Source of the DNA: Podarcis cretensis
Lineage: Eukaryota
Assembly: GCA_951804945.1 (NCBI GenBank)
Contig: OX638164.1
Span: forward strand, 29,822,001-29,886,000
Direction of reading: 5' to 3'
Length of the DNA stretch: 64,000 nucleotides
Shown here: piece by piece, positions 27,901 through 37,700 of the stretch
Layout: every line of letters begins with the position of its first letter
Position numbering within the stretch: the first letter of the stretch is position 1
Translations under genes and position numbers: made by a program
The notes under the pieces: model-generated
Seen by the model: only the letters and a program-made list of their open reading frames with translations
Database searches by the model: none
Told to the model about the DNA's origin: nothing

Positions 27901-30490
27901 TCTTTGAGACTTGGTAAAGTCAGTTCTCAGCCTTGCGGTTTATTAATCTTTGCTTAGTTACAACAATTCCATGCACACATTTTCACATGTAAATAAATCT
28001 GGAAAAGACCTGATTTAAAACCTGTTTACATAAAATTATTGCATCCAATTGCTAAATTCATGAGGGAGATGGCACCTAGCACTGTCTAGGGCTTACCTCA
28101 AACTGCACAAGAGGCTCATTCAAGAGAGGAGCAGAGGCAGGTGCCTTGTCATTAGGTAGGAGAAGGTAAGCAGCAGGTTGTATCAACCACAGTAAAATCA
28201 TAAATAAGTGCTGCATAACTGTTTACAGCCTTTGATTAATCAAACAATCTATGGTCTTTTAAACTGTGGCCTTTTAAACTTTTAAACTGGAGGAGTTATT
28301 GTTTTTGTTTGGTATTATGTTATATATAATCTATATTATGAAATATTATATATAGAGAGAGTGTGTGTGATTTTATATTGTAAACCACTCTGTTATCTTT
28401 GGAAGAAAGGCAGAACAGAAATTCAATAAACTAAACTAAACAAAACAAACAAACAAGCATAGGAAGCTGCCTTATATTGTCAGACCACTTAATCCATCTA
28501 GCTCAGTATTCTCTACAATGAATAGCAGGAGCTCTCCATGGTTTCAGGCAGGCAACATTCCCAGTCCTACCTAGCGATGCCACTGGGGCTTGAACCAGGG
28601 ACCTTGTGCATACAAGCCAGATGCTCTACCACTGAGCATCTATGGCCATTCCCATATAGAAAGATTTTGGGGAACAACTGTATAACAACCTTCTTCAGCC
28701 TGGAGCCTTCCAGATGTTTTGGACTGCAACTATGCACAACCATACAGGCTGGGGCTGATAGGAGTTGTAGCTCTACAGGCTATCAGATTGGGGAACACTG
28801 CCGCAAAGCAAGCTACTTAGTCAGCCTCCCAACCTAAGCAATAGAAATACCCCATGGTATTGTAGTCCAATATCTGAAAGGCCAATAGATTGAACATTCC
28901 TGCTTTACAGGAATATAGGAAGGTAGGGAAAGTACTGAACAGAAGAAAGAGAAAACAATATAATTGTAGAGTTGGAAGAGATTCCTGAGGATCATCTAGT
29001 CCAACCTCCTGAAATGCAGGCATTTCAACCACATCATATATAACAGATGGCCATTCAACTTCTGCTTAAAAACCTACGTGGAAGGAGAGTCCACCGCCTC
29101 CCGAGGGAGACTGTTCTACTATCAAATACTGTAGCTCTGTCAGAAAGTTATTCCTGATGTTTAGTTGGAATATCCTTTCCTGTAACTTGAAGCCATTGAT
29201 TCAGGTCCTAGCCTCCTGAAAGGTCTTTAGGTATTTGAAGATGGCTATCATATCTCCTGCCAGTCTCTTCTTCTCCAGGATAAATATGCTCCCTTAACCA
29301 GTGATGCCTGACCACCTAGACACCCTTGCTTGCAGGGAGGCCGGCAAGCAGACAGAAGAGCGCCGGGCAAGGACACATCCCTACGCAAAGTGCATTGCAA
29401 CTGTGGCGAGATTGCTTCCCTGCAGGAGGAGTGCGGAGGCAGGCAAGATCGTGGCCCCGCGGCTTTGATAGTCGGGAGGAGGGGGGGGGGAGAGAGCTCT
29501 TCTTCCCCTCCCAGCGGGCAGAAATGCAGGTGCGAGCGGGCCTTGCCGCTCCCGCTCCCTCCCCGGCGAGAAGCGCGGATGCTTCCAAGGAGAGAGCGAG
29601 AGAAGGGAGAGGGTGGCGCTGGCGTCCTCGCTCGCTCGCTGCTTCTCCCGCCTCGCCGTTCTTCGCGCGCAGCAGCAGCATCTCCTCCCGGGGAGGCGAG
29701 GTGGGCGTGCCTGTCAAGTCTCCCGCGGCTGCCCAGGCTGCTGGTTGCGAGGCGGGCACGAGGTGGGCGGATCCCCTCCGGGAGGTGGTGGTTGTAGAAA
29801 GGGGGGGGGGGGAGGTAAAAAGAAAGCCTCCGCCTTCTCCCGCTCCATCCATCCCGAGGCGGCTCGTTTCCCGCCGGGCGCGAGCGCAGGCACGCCCCCC
29901 ATCTCCTGCCGCCCCGCGTGCGCGCGCGCTTCTCTCTTCCCCCGCCACACACGCGAGCGAGCGAGCGCGCGTGCTAGGGAAGTCTCCCCCCGCGCCCCCC
30001 CCCGCACACATCCCGCTCCCCTCCCCCGCGCGCCCGGCCGCCTGCTCCTCACCTCTCCACTGCCCGCCTCAGCACCGCAGGCCGCCCGGAACCGGCGCAG
30101 GTTGATGCCGATGGTGGCCGAGACCTGGAGCGCCGCGTCGAAGCCCGGGGCCACCCCGGCACTGGCCGCCGTCGCCGCTACCGAGGAGGCGGCAGCGGCG
30201 GCGGCGGCGCCCGAGCCAGGAGCAGCAGCGGGTGGAGGCGGAGGAGGCGGCGGGCCGAGGGCGGCGGCGGCGGCGGCGGAGGCCGAGGAAGAGCCGCCCG
30301 CCCCGCCCCCTCCACCGCTGTTTCCCGCCGGCGCGGCCGCTCCTCCGCCGCCAGCCGGGCGCTCCTCGGGCGGCTCCCCGCGCAGGCTGCGCACGGCCGG
30401 CACCCGCACGCGGCAGCCCCCGAGCCCGCGGCGGCCCCAGCCACAGCTGCCGGGCCGGGCCGGGAAGCGCCACCGACCGCTGTGCGCCAT
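756..30490 (-). CDS. KMT2A: Histone-lysine N-methyltransferase 2A (MLL1), exons 1-21; gene continues beyond window start
   Basis: Spliced ORF has menin-binding RWRFPARP, LEDGF-binding FIGFGSD, AT-hooks, CXXC, PHD1-3, bromodomain and start of ePHD; all 21 exons GT-AG with consistent phases. Confidence 0.98.
1021..2250 (-). mobile_element. Degraded CR1 LINE 3' portion
   Basis: RT-like remnant ADSSKAFYKAPCDILISKL (cf. LDFSKAFDKVPH) and CR1 3' tail tctagtccaaccc. Confidence 0.75.
2359..2465 (-). CDS. KMT2A: KMT2A exon 20 (107 nt)
   Basis: SDRSLEDSPELTPPPDVEDNRQCALCLKYGDDGGN. Confidence 0.94.
2868..3061 (-). CDS. KMT2A: KMT2A exon 19 (194 nt; HCF1-binding DHNY)
   Basis: SGMLPNAVLPPSLDHNYAQWQERE...PTPLHPSTPPIS. 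Confidence 0.95.
3395..3468 (-). CDS. KMT2A: KMT2A exon 18 (74 nt)
   Basis: QMERVFPWFSVKKSRFWEPNKVTT. Confidence 0.95.
3747..3857 (-). CDS. KMT2A: KMT2A exon 17 (111 nt)
   Basis: LEFSDDIVKIIQAAMNADGGQPELKKANSMVKSFFIR. Confidence 0.95.
4236..4409 (-). CDS. KMT2A: KMT2A exon 16 (174 nt)
   Basis: AAKPPDLNPETEESVPSRSSPEGPDPPVLTEV...GGYISV. Confidence 0.95.
4849..4977. other. Assembly gap (129 N) in KMT2A intron 15
   Basis: Run of N. Confidence 1.
5752..5936 (-). CDS. KMT2A: KMT2A exon 15 (185 nt; PHD3/bromo)
   Basis: EMYEILSNLPESVAYTCINC...LLNSRTSSHLLRYRQ. Confidence 0.96.
6350..6463 (-). CDS. KMT2A: KMT2A exon 14 (114 nt; PHD3)
   Basis: NFCPVCDKCYDDDDYESKMMQCAKCDRWVHSKCENLS. Confidence 0.95.
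6809..6929 (-). CDS. KMT2A: KMT2A exon 13 (121 nt)
   Basis: ICTKCVRCKSCGATTPGKGWDAQWSHDFSLCHDCAKLFAK. Confidence 0.96.
7250..7345 (-). CDS. KMT2A: KMT2A exon 12 (96 nt; PHD2)
   Basis: QLLECNKCRNSYHPECLGPNYPTKPTKKKKVW. Confidence 0.95.
7407..7612. mobile_element. hAT-family MITE (young)
   Basis: Perfect 16-bp TIR CAGAGCTTTCCAAACT and perfect 8-bp TSD ctttagac. Confidence 0.92.
7763..7909 (-). CDS. KMT2A: KMT2A exon 11 (147 nt; PHD1/2)
   Basis: FVYCQVCCEPFHKFCLEDSERPLEDQLENWCCRRCKFCHVCGRQHQATK. Confidence 0.96.
8424..8537 (-). CDS. KMT2A: KMT2A exon 10 (114 nt; PHD1 start)
   Basis: EDCEAENVWEMGGLGILTSVPITPRVVCFLCASSGHVE. Confidence 0.96.
9100..9228 (-). CDS. KMT2A: KMT2A exon 9 (129 nt)
   Basis: ERPPPVSKPDNGTLNLLSTLSNGNSSKQKPLIDGVHRIRVDFK. 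Confidence 0.94.
9854..9927 (-). CDS. KMT2A: KMT2A exon 8 (74 nt)
   Basis: IEQSRQKKITPRPSLPVKQKPKEK. Confidence 0.92.
10291..10674 (-). CDS. KMT2A: KMT2A exon 7 (384 nt)
   Basis: AVKKKEKKSKSSEKK...PPSTGPPKKEAPK; phase 1-1. Confidence 0.9.
10912..10976 (-). CDS. KMT2A: KMT2A exon 6 (65 nt)
   Basis: MRKCQNLQWMPSKAYLQKQAK. Confidence 0.95.
11752..11986 (-). CDS. KMT2A: KMT2A exon 5 (235 nt; CXXC domain)
   Basis: RRCGQCPGCQVPEDCGVCTNCLDKPKFGGRNIKKQCC. Confidence 0.96.
12218..12395 (-). CDS. KMT2A: KMT2A exon 4 (178 nt)
   Basis: GQESDSSETSVRGPRIKHVCRRAAVALGRKRAVFPDDMPTLSALPWEEREKILSSMGND. Confidence 0.95.
12876..12985 (-). repeat. (TAA)n microsatellite with adjoining LINE (L2-like) 3' end
   Basis: ~12 TAA units then ttatttataccccgccc. 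Confidence 0.7.
13352..16032 (-). CDS. KMT2A: KMT2A exon 3 (2681 nt; AT-hooks, SNL1/2)
   Basis: 920-aa ORF with RKPRGRP, KRRGRPP, RRRGRPP and IRQFIMPVVSAISSRIIKTPKRF. Confidence 0.97.
16680..16749 (-). CDS. KMT2A: KMT2A exon 2 (70 nt)
   Basis: DEQFIGFGSDDEAKGQSPTKSPT; AG/GT boundaries. Confidence 0.93.
18183..18409 (+). mobile_element. Tc1/mariner-pogo (Tigger-like) MITE, copy 1
   Basis: TIR CAGTGGTACCT...AGGTACCACTG with TA target duplication. Confidence 0.9.
23497..23587 (+). mobile_element. tRNA-head / CR1-tail SINE fragment
   Basis: gggatagctcagt...ggactagatgaccctc..ggtcccttc..tatgattcta. Confidence 0.6.
28962..29320 (-). mobile_element. CR1 LINE 3' fragment
   Basis: tagagttggaagag...catctagtccaacc tail; similar to 1021-1400. 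Confidence 0.75.
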
Positions 30491-31100
30491 CTTTACTGTG
30501 AGGCGACGAGCCAGAGAGCGGGGCCGGGCCGCGCCCGGGAACCTGCCTGGCGCACAACCCGCCCCTAGGGGCGCTGCAGACACGCGGCTCCCATCCAGGT
30601 TCCGGGGCTCCGCCAGAGCGCCGCCCCGCGCCTCGCCTGAGCCATGGCTCGCCGCAGCAGCCGCGGCATAACAGCGGAGCCTATACAGGGGCCGGGGCTC
30701 CCGCCCGGGAAGCGGGACACCTCAAAAGCCCGGCCGGACTGCGCGGCATAACTTTGGGCGGCATGCTCGGCGCGGGGCCCCCGGCTGGGGCGGGCCTTCA
30801 GCTTCACTGCGGCCGCCTGGTCCGCCCAGTGGCCACTGGCGGGGACCGCAGCAAACGGCGGCGGCAGGAGCAGCAGCTGCTCCTACAGCCGCCCTTGCGA
30901 GGATGCCCGCCCGCGGCAGCCTCCTGCAACGGGACAAGGGCAGCAGGTGCAGCGCGGCTGGAGGCGCTGCAAGGCGGCCGCCCCAGATCAAGAGCAGGCG
31001 CGGGTGGGGCCTCGCTCGCGTGCCAAAACTTAGCCTGGCGGCAAAACAGCGAAAAAAGGCGCTTAGAGAAAAGAGCATCCTGGTGGCGCACCCTGCTAAG
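29330..31100. promoter_or_regulatory. CpG island / KMT2A promoter
   Basis: Very GC- and CpG-rich around exon 1; YY1-type AAGATGGCG overlaps the start codon. Confidence 0.9.
30053..30490 (-). CDS. KMT2A: KMT2A exon 1 (438 nt coding; MBM1/MBM2, LEDGF-binding helix)
   Basis: MAHSGRWRFPARPG...PGFDAALQVSATIGINLRRFRA; donor GTGAG. Confidence 0.95.
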
Positions 31101-31301
31101 CCCTTCTTCTTTCTAAGGGTGCAAGGCCAGCTTTGCTTTGCAACTGGAAGTCTCCGCTTCTCCCCCTCTAGTAAGGCTGCTCTCTTGCCCTCCCTTCTCT
31201 TCACTTGGCACCAGTGCGAATTGCCCCTCTTCCCTGGGGGCGGCGGCAAGGAAAGCTTCACACCAGCTTTGCTGATGAAACCCAAATTTGGCAGACGTAT
31301 C

Positions 31302-31580
31302 CGGTTCGAATCCCCGCGCCGGGGTGAGCTCCCGTTGCTCTGTCCCTGCTCCTGCCAACCTAGCAGTTTGAAAGCACGTGAAAGTGCAAGTAGATAAATA
31401 GGTACCGCTCCGGCGGGAAGGTAAATGGCACTGCTCTGGTTTGCCAGAAGCGGCTTAGTCATGCTGGCCACATGACCCGGAAGCTGGACGCCGGCCCCCT
31501 CAGCCAGTAAAGCGAGATGAGCGCCGCAACCCCAGAGTCGGTCACGACTGGACCTAATGGTCAGGGGTCCCTTTACCTTT
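31302..31580 (+). mobile_element. Sauria SINE, 5'-truncated
   Basis: B-box ggttcgaatccc, body cctgccaacctagcag...catgctggccacatgacc, (ACCTTT)n tail. Confidence 0.9.
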
Positions 31581-34500
31581 ATCTGCTTTGGCCACATGCT
31601 GTGCAGGAGCAAAGTGGGAAATAGCATCACTCGTCCAACTTCCTGCTTCAGCTTAATGTACCCATTCTGGGACTAAAAGGAAGCTACCCTCAACACCACA
31701 TAACAAAGTTGGTGGGTATTCGGCTTTGTGGTTACCAGAGGAAGCCCTCAATGGCCACATTTCCCATATTGGCCTTTCTTTAAAGACAGCCACAGCCTGG
31801 CAGACTAAGCAGCATAAGCCTAGCTGGACTGATGGTGTGACTCACTCTTAAATTTCTGTAGCTGGGGAGGCTGGGATAGGCTAAGCCAAGGACTCGCCTG
31901 AATGGATTCCCTTGGACTGAATGTGCTGTTTGGGTGTCCATATATTGCTTTCACCATTGCTGAAGGCTGGGCCTGCTCATCCATGAAAATCCAACATCCC
32001 CCTTTGTAACCATGAAAACTTCGGGGTGCTGGGCCTGCACTTAACAGAACTGGTTAAGGGGAACACAGGGCAAATAATAACGGACCAGCAGGTCATGTAG
32101 TCCAACCCCTAGATAGATGTTATTATCCAGGCATAACAAAAACAAGACTCGATTTTGCTGTTGGACCACACAAACAACAGCATTATTGACCAGGCCATCG
32201 TAATACAAACTCTATTCTCTGCCATTGACTTCTCTAGTGGCAGACAGCGGATACGTAGCAAAGCCCACCAGGGAGCTGCAGAAATTGGTGTTACCGTGCT
32301 GTTGCTGCTGCTTCCAATCCCTTTCTGTGGTCTATCAATCCTGGGGTCTCTCACCAGCAAGCCACAATTAAGTTCAGTGTAGGCATTGCCTGCTGGGATG
32401 CTAAGCAACTACACTGAAACAATACTGTGATTTCTCAGCTGGAAACAGGTGGGGCGGGGAGGAGAGGGAGGTTGGAAAGCCTCTGCACCAGAGACCCAAG
32501 TCTTTGTAAAGCTGTGCCAGTACTTAGTTTGTGGTGCACATTCAGATTCCTGGGCCCCTAGTAGAGAGCATTCCTTGCTGTCAAGCAAACTGGTGGGTTT
32601 TTCTACATCAACTCCATTATAAACATTAATATTCCTACCCACCTATGTTTTAAAACTTTGGGAGTCCTAGAAAGTGGAGTGCTGTAGTTCCAAACAAGGG
32701 CAAGGAAGGGAACCATCACTCCAGTCATGCACCTCTGAATATACATCCTTACAGACTGCACTCACCAGAGGGGTGGATTCCCTTGCCTTACCTTCCCTGG
32801 ATCGTAGGCCCCAAGTGCTAACTCTGACAGCCTCCTCACAAACTGCAGAAAGATGTTCAGAACTAGAACTGCCACCTCTACGGGTACAACCCATATTAGG
32901 CATAATTAAGCAGCACATTGTGCCACCTGGTCTGCTATCAGACTGTGCAACTAAGGCTCATCTTTCTCTAAAAACCGAGGCATTCCTTTGGCACAGATCC
33001 ACATCTATATATAGCTGGACACTGCTAACGTATTAATAGTTAGGAAATGACTAAAGGGAAGACAACGTTTCTTGGGAGTTTTTGATCTATAAAAGACACT
33101 AAATTTCAAGGATCAAAACCCACACTAACTTTACTGAGGATGCCTTGTTAAGGGGCACTACCATATATCCGATCCAAATAACTTTATTGTACTAGCCCCT
33201 GGCCATGACAAATCTGAATCAAAAATACAAACAAAAGGGGTGTCGCGCTAGAAATAATGGTCTCTTATTTGGATCTCTGTGTTTCCCTTACAGTTCACTA
33301 TGTTGTCCAGGGTCGTCTTTCTGATCTTTTTGGCAGCCAAAGCAAAAAGGATGACTTTATGAGTCAGTGGAGCACTTACATTGCTAAGAAGCCATAGGAC
33401 TTTCTCTGCCAGGAAGAGACATCTTTCTTATACAGACAGTAAAGTGAGAAATCGCCTCCTGGGTCCCACTACCATATAGACCAGGACACTTTGATCAAGA
33501 TGTGTATTTCTGGCATTTTACCCAGTTTAGCAATGCTGATGGACAAATATGTTCCATTCCTCTTTGCAACACAGGAGACTGGGAAGGACTGTGGCCATAC
33601 TTGCCTTCAGGTGCTCCTGACTAGGAAAAGGATTAAATATTCATTTGGAATTCTGGCCTACTGTTTTTAGGAGCAAGCTGCAATACAACAGCACATAAAA
33701 AGAAATGCCTGCTAAAACCTCATGCTCATTAACAACCAAGCTTCATCCATCACAACGTGTTTCTTCCTGTAAGGTCTGTACTCCAGCAGACCTGCCAGAG
33801 TAAGGAAAGCCATAGTTTGCTGCACTTCCACACAAAGTTAAATACAAAGTCATGCAATAATGAGGTTATATTTAAAGCAAGACAGGTTGAGTAAAGTTAT
33901 CCTTCCAACAGCCCAGTCACATTGGTTTTCAAGGAATTAGCATGATAGGTTTGGTGGCTTTTTTTTTAAGTCGTGAAACCACTTCCACAGCTGGCAGCAC
34001 TAATCTGCTGCATTTATAAACGTGTCAATGGTGTCACACAGACCCTAGCACAAAGCTAAGGCCAGTATAACGTTCACTCACTGCTAGGCAACCAAAACAT
34101 TATTGAAGCATTAGTTGATCAAAGGCTATTTAACATGGATACACAAATCAATCTTTGTTTCACAATTCCCCCCCTTGCTATTAGTGACTCCACTCCATTT
34201 TAGGAAGCAGCTAATATTTCAGAAGGCAAGTACTAGAAGTGGTACCTGAGCAGGGCTTTTCTCAGTGGTTGCCTTGCCACTGGACACCTGGCTGGATGCA
34301 ACCCAGTTAAGTTTGCCTCCTTCATATTCTTTTAAGCTTTCTGGGAGGAGTAATTAATGCCCAAACAGTATTTTCACCCAGTACTTTAAGGATATGCTAT
34401 TTTAAGTCATATTCTAATTGGTATTTAAAAAACCATGTGAAAAAAATGAAGAATGGGTTTTTGCTAGGAAACTTATATTGTTGTAGGGTGCCCAAACAGT

Positions 34501-34715
34501 AGAGCTTCAGAGGGAATCATCCCACCTACCTGCAATTTTGGACTGAAACAGGATCCAGGAGAGGCCAAGGTTACAGTATTTGGGTAAACTGCCTCAACTT
34601 AAGAGCCTGGTATTTCTACAAACTCTAGCATCAGGACAGTATAAAGGCACTTCAAAATATAGGGCAACAATCAAGAGATACTCCCATTCACTTCCGAGTC
34701 ATTCTTTGTATAGCA

Positions 34716-34721
34716 TTTATT
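34716..34721 (-). terminator. Candidate ATP5MG polyadenylation signal AATAAA
   Basis: tttatt on plus strand ~200 nt past the stop. Confidence 0.5.
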
Positions 34722-34920
34722 TGAACAGCCAACCACTGGTGCCCACCCTATCCCCCAACAGGAGGAAGAGTAGGAATATTTTAGGGATCCTTGTCTGCAT
34801 TCATGTCACCATCATCTGATTCTGCCCCAATCTGAATGATATTTGTAGAGGCCACCACAATTTCATCTCAGCACTGTAATTTAAAACTACGACACTGTTA
34901 GGAGTAGAAACCAAAAACTT

Positions 34921-35019
34921 TCAAACATCATAGCCAATCAGGCCACGTTTGCCTATGATTTCGCCGATGTAAAACCACATTAGCACTTCAGTAGCCACCA
35001 AGCCGTTCCTCAGAGCTTC
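34921..35019 (-). CDS. ATP5MG: ATP5MG exon 3 coding part
   Basis: [32 protein letters not shown]; GxxxG motif. Confidence 0.96.
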   Translation of the reverse strand, partial: EALRNGLVATEVLMWFYIGEIIGKRGLIGYDV

Positions 35020-37700
35020 CTGAAAGAAAAGAGAAATATTTCACAACTTTTGCCACTTTAGCGAATCATCCCTTCAATACACAAACCCCATTCCAGAAGC
35101 TTCCTTATGATCCATGACAGGGTGCATTACATGGCACACTCTAGTTCCTAGAAAATATCTGTGCCCATGCTTCCTCCACAGGACTGAGAAAGAAGGGGCA
35201 GATATTTTAGCATTTCAGGGTTCGGCCCCCAAATTCATCCAAGATTCCAGCCTCAGGAATAGGAGCTCCTATGAACCAAGTAAAGCTTTGCAAGTTACAT
35301 CACCTACGATAAAAGAATGAAAATGCAACTGCATGCCAGTTTACAAACAACTTTGAGACTATGACTGACTGTTGCAGGCATCACTGTTCTGGACAAAGAA
35401 GCAACCAGCCAGGATGAGGTCAGAGGCCCAGCCCACAATCTCAGGAGTTTTTTTTTTTTTAAAAAAAAACTTTAATGATTTACAAGTTGTAATGTTTTAG
35501 AAGAGTCACAATTTTTGTATCAGGGTAATGTACCAACAAGGTGTTCAATTGGTCTTTTGCTTAATATTGACTGAGTCCACTTTTTACATTCAGCCAGATA
35601 TAACCTATTATAGATATGTTACAGATAGGTAGCCGTGTTGGTCTGCCATAGTCAAAAAAAAAAAATTCCTTCCAGTAGCACCTTAAAGACCAACTAAGTC
35701 AGTTCTTGGTATGAGCTTTCGTGTGCATGCTCATACCAAGAACTGACTTAGTTGGTCTTTAAGGTGCTACTGGAAGGAATTTTTTTGTTTTGACTATGGC
35801 AGACCAACACGGCTACCTATCTGTAACTGGAACTATGGAAGGCACCACATTGAGCCGCATGAAATGGAAGTCTATCAACCGGTATCTGAAGAAGTGTGCA
35901 TGCACACGAAAGCTCATACCAAGAACTGACTTAGTTGGTCTTTAAGGTGCTACTGGAAGGAATTTTTTTGTTTTTATTATAGATATGAACAGCTATAGCT
36001 TAGGGTAATGACTTTCACTTCTGGCTTGCAGTTACCTTGACAGTGAGCTGTTTGATGCGGCCAGTCTGCATGCTCTTCAGCAATCCTTTCATGCCATCAA
36101 TGGCCTTAGGAATTTCAGCAGGAGTTGGGGGAACCAATTCAACTTTAGCATAGTACAAAAAAGTGGCCAGGCGAGGCTTTGAATAAGTGATAGCAGCTGA
36201 AAGAGATAAGAGTGGGATGAGATGAGAGCAAAAGCAGGTGTGTGCAAAGCAGACATCTACAAATCACCATAAACTGATGTCCCACTGTGCCAAAAGTGGC
36301 AGTTTCCTGACAGCAGGTAAAACTACTGTCATTAAACACCTGCGTCCAGTGGGGGAATCACTGTTCTCAATCTGCACACAATGGCCATTTAATATGAACT
36401 CTTGAGTGAATAACCAAGGTTAGAAAAGTAGTCCAAATCCCCAGCACTGGCACATTTTTAAGCACCAGGGCAAAGCAGCACTTGGAATTTTTCCAACTCT
36501 CTAGGTAACTATTCGCACATGTAGGTCAAAACCTGCAGCATCCAAATATTCAGTGCCAGAACTCACTTGAGTGTTTAAGTACATTTAAAATAATTTAAGC
36601 ATTTGAAGTAAGTGCAATTCTGGTCCCTACTGGCAACAATGGTAAGTGCCTTTAACAGTTTGGAATACCATTCAATAAGTAAAGCTCCCACACAGGTGAT
36701 GGCGACTAAGAAAAGAGCCATCTCTGTAGTGTTGCTACGTTGGTAAGAATCCCCCCCCCCAGCACGGCATTGTTTGCCAGGTGTCATCATGGTATGGTTC
36801 ATGGGCGTAGCCAGGGGTGGCAGCTGGCCCCCCTAAATCAAGTCAATAAATAAAAAAAACTAAGAGTAGAAATTGGAGAAAGATTTTGACAGATTTCTCT
36901 GAGCAGCTGGGGTCAAAAGAAAATAATTTAAAACAACTGTTGAGACATTTCAGCCCGAATCTGCTAAACAGAGCCAGACAGAGGATGATGACAGGTCGTG
37001 CCCCCTCATAATCCTGACTACTTTTCACCCTCCCAACATAAATCCTGGCTTTGCCCACGGTATGGTTTTAGATGCTAGGTTAAGACCGCCTTATTCTTCT
37101 GGGCATGCAAAGGTCAGTCCCACTGCATGCATATCAAACAGTTTTATTGAACTGCTGCTTGATTAAATTTTATACATGCTCTGCCATGAGCTCCAGTATT
37201 ACTTGCTGCACGGTATTACCGTGGGATGGGATTTAAAGCCACAGTGCGACTAAGCAGCAAACTCGTTCCTTTGGCAGAAGCCAGGGCAGGACGTCAGGTT
37301 CCCTTAGGGCAATTCACCGGTTCGACGCAAGCCTCAAATGAAACCCCTTCCCCGCCCGACCTTCGGCCCCACAGCTCTCGGAGCGGCCGCCCCCAGCACC
37401 GAGGCTGGGGAAGGAGCAGCGGGAGTAGGGCAAAGCGAAGGGCCGCCCCTTGCCAAGAGCGGCGACGGCTCGTCGCCCGCCCCTTAACAGGGGGCAGGCT
37501 CCGTGGCCGGCGCCGCCTGCCCTTCCTCTTCCAGCGCGGACGGGAAAGCGGCGGCAGCCTGGAGAAAGAGAAGCGCTTCTTCTTCAGCGGCCCCTGAAGG
37601 AAACTCGCCCGAACCGGCGCCCGTCCCCTGACTGACCAGAAACAAGCTTGGGCCCTTGGGTGGTGATGGCCGTCACCAGCTTCTGCGCAGCCTGCGCCAT
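34921..37700 (-). CDS. ATP5MG: ATP synthase membrane subunit g (ATP5L), 3 exons, 107 aa
   Basis: Exons of 64+161+99 nt; [13 protein letters not shown] and [22 protein letters not shown]; syntenic between UBE4A and KMT2A. Confidence 0.97.
35619..35974 (+). mobile_element. Non-autonomous Penelope-like element: inverted plus tandem pseudo-LTRs
   Basis: TSD tattatagatatg at 35606-35618 and 35975-35987; inverted arms 35618-35716 / 35729-35827; 183-nt direct repeat period. Confidence 0.85.
35881..35920 (+). ncRNA. Minimal type I hammerhead ribozyme (PLE-type)
   Basis: GGUAU-CUGAAGA-A-GUGUGC(AU)GCACAC-GAAA-GC-UC^AUACC: stem I, conserved core, stem II, palindromic AGCU mini stem III. Confidence 0.8.
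36036..36196 (-). CDS. ATP5MG: ATP5MG exon 2 (161 nt)
   Basis: [53 protein letters not shown]. Confidence 0.96.
36800..37059. mobile_element. hAT-family MITE in ATP5MG intron 1
   Basis: Imperfect TIR catgggcgtagccagg / cctggctttgcccacg; 8-bp TSD gtatggtt. Confidence 0.85.

Noticed and set aside
29248-30671. Several 230-350 aa ORFs on both strands over KMT2A exon 1 and intron 1
   Set aside because: Stop-poor GC-rich CpG island; low-complexity A/R/P/G products with no recognisable domain
30722-31630. 302-aa minus-strand ORF
   Set aside because: Runs through a Sauria SINE and the CpG island edge; a similar peptide appears in 63473-63859 from the other SINE copy
32262-32280. CTCF-like CCACCAGGGAGCTGC between KMT2A and ATP5MG
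   Set aside because: Partial match only; not distinguishable from chance without PWM scoring or ChIP
33170-33620. Possible degraded LINE 3' end
   Set aside because: Too decayed to assign family or boundaries by eye
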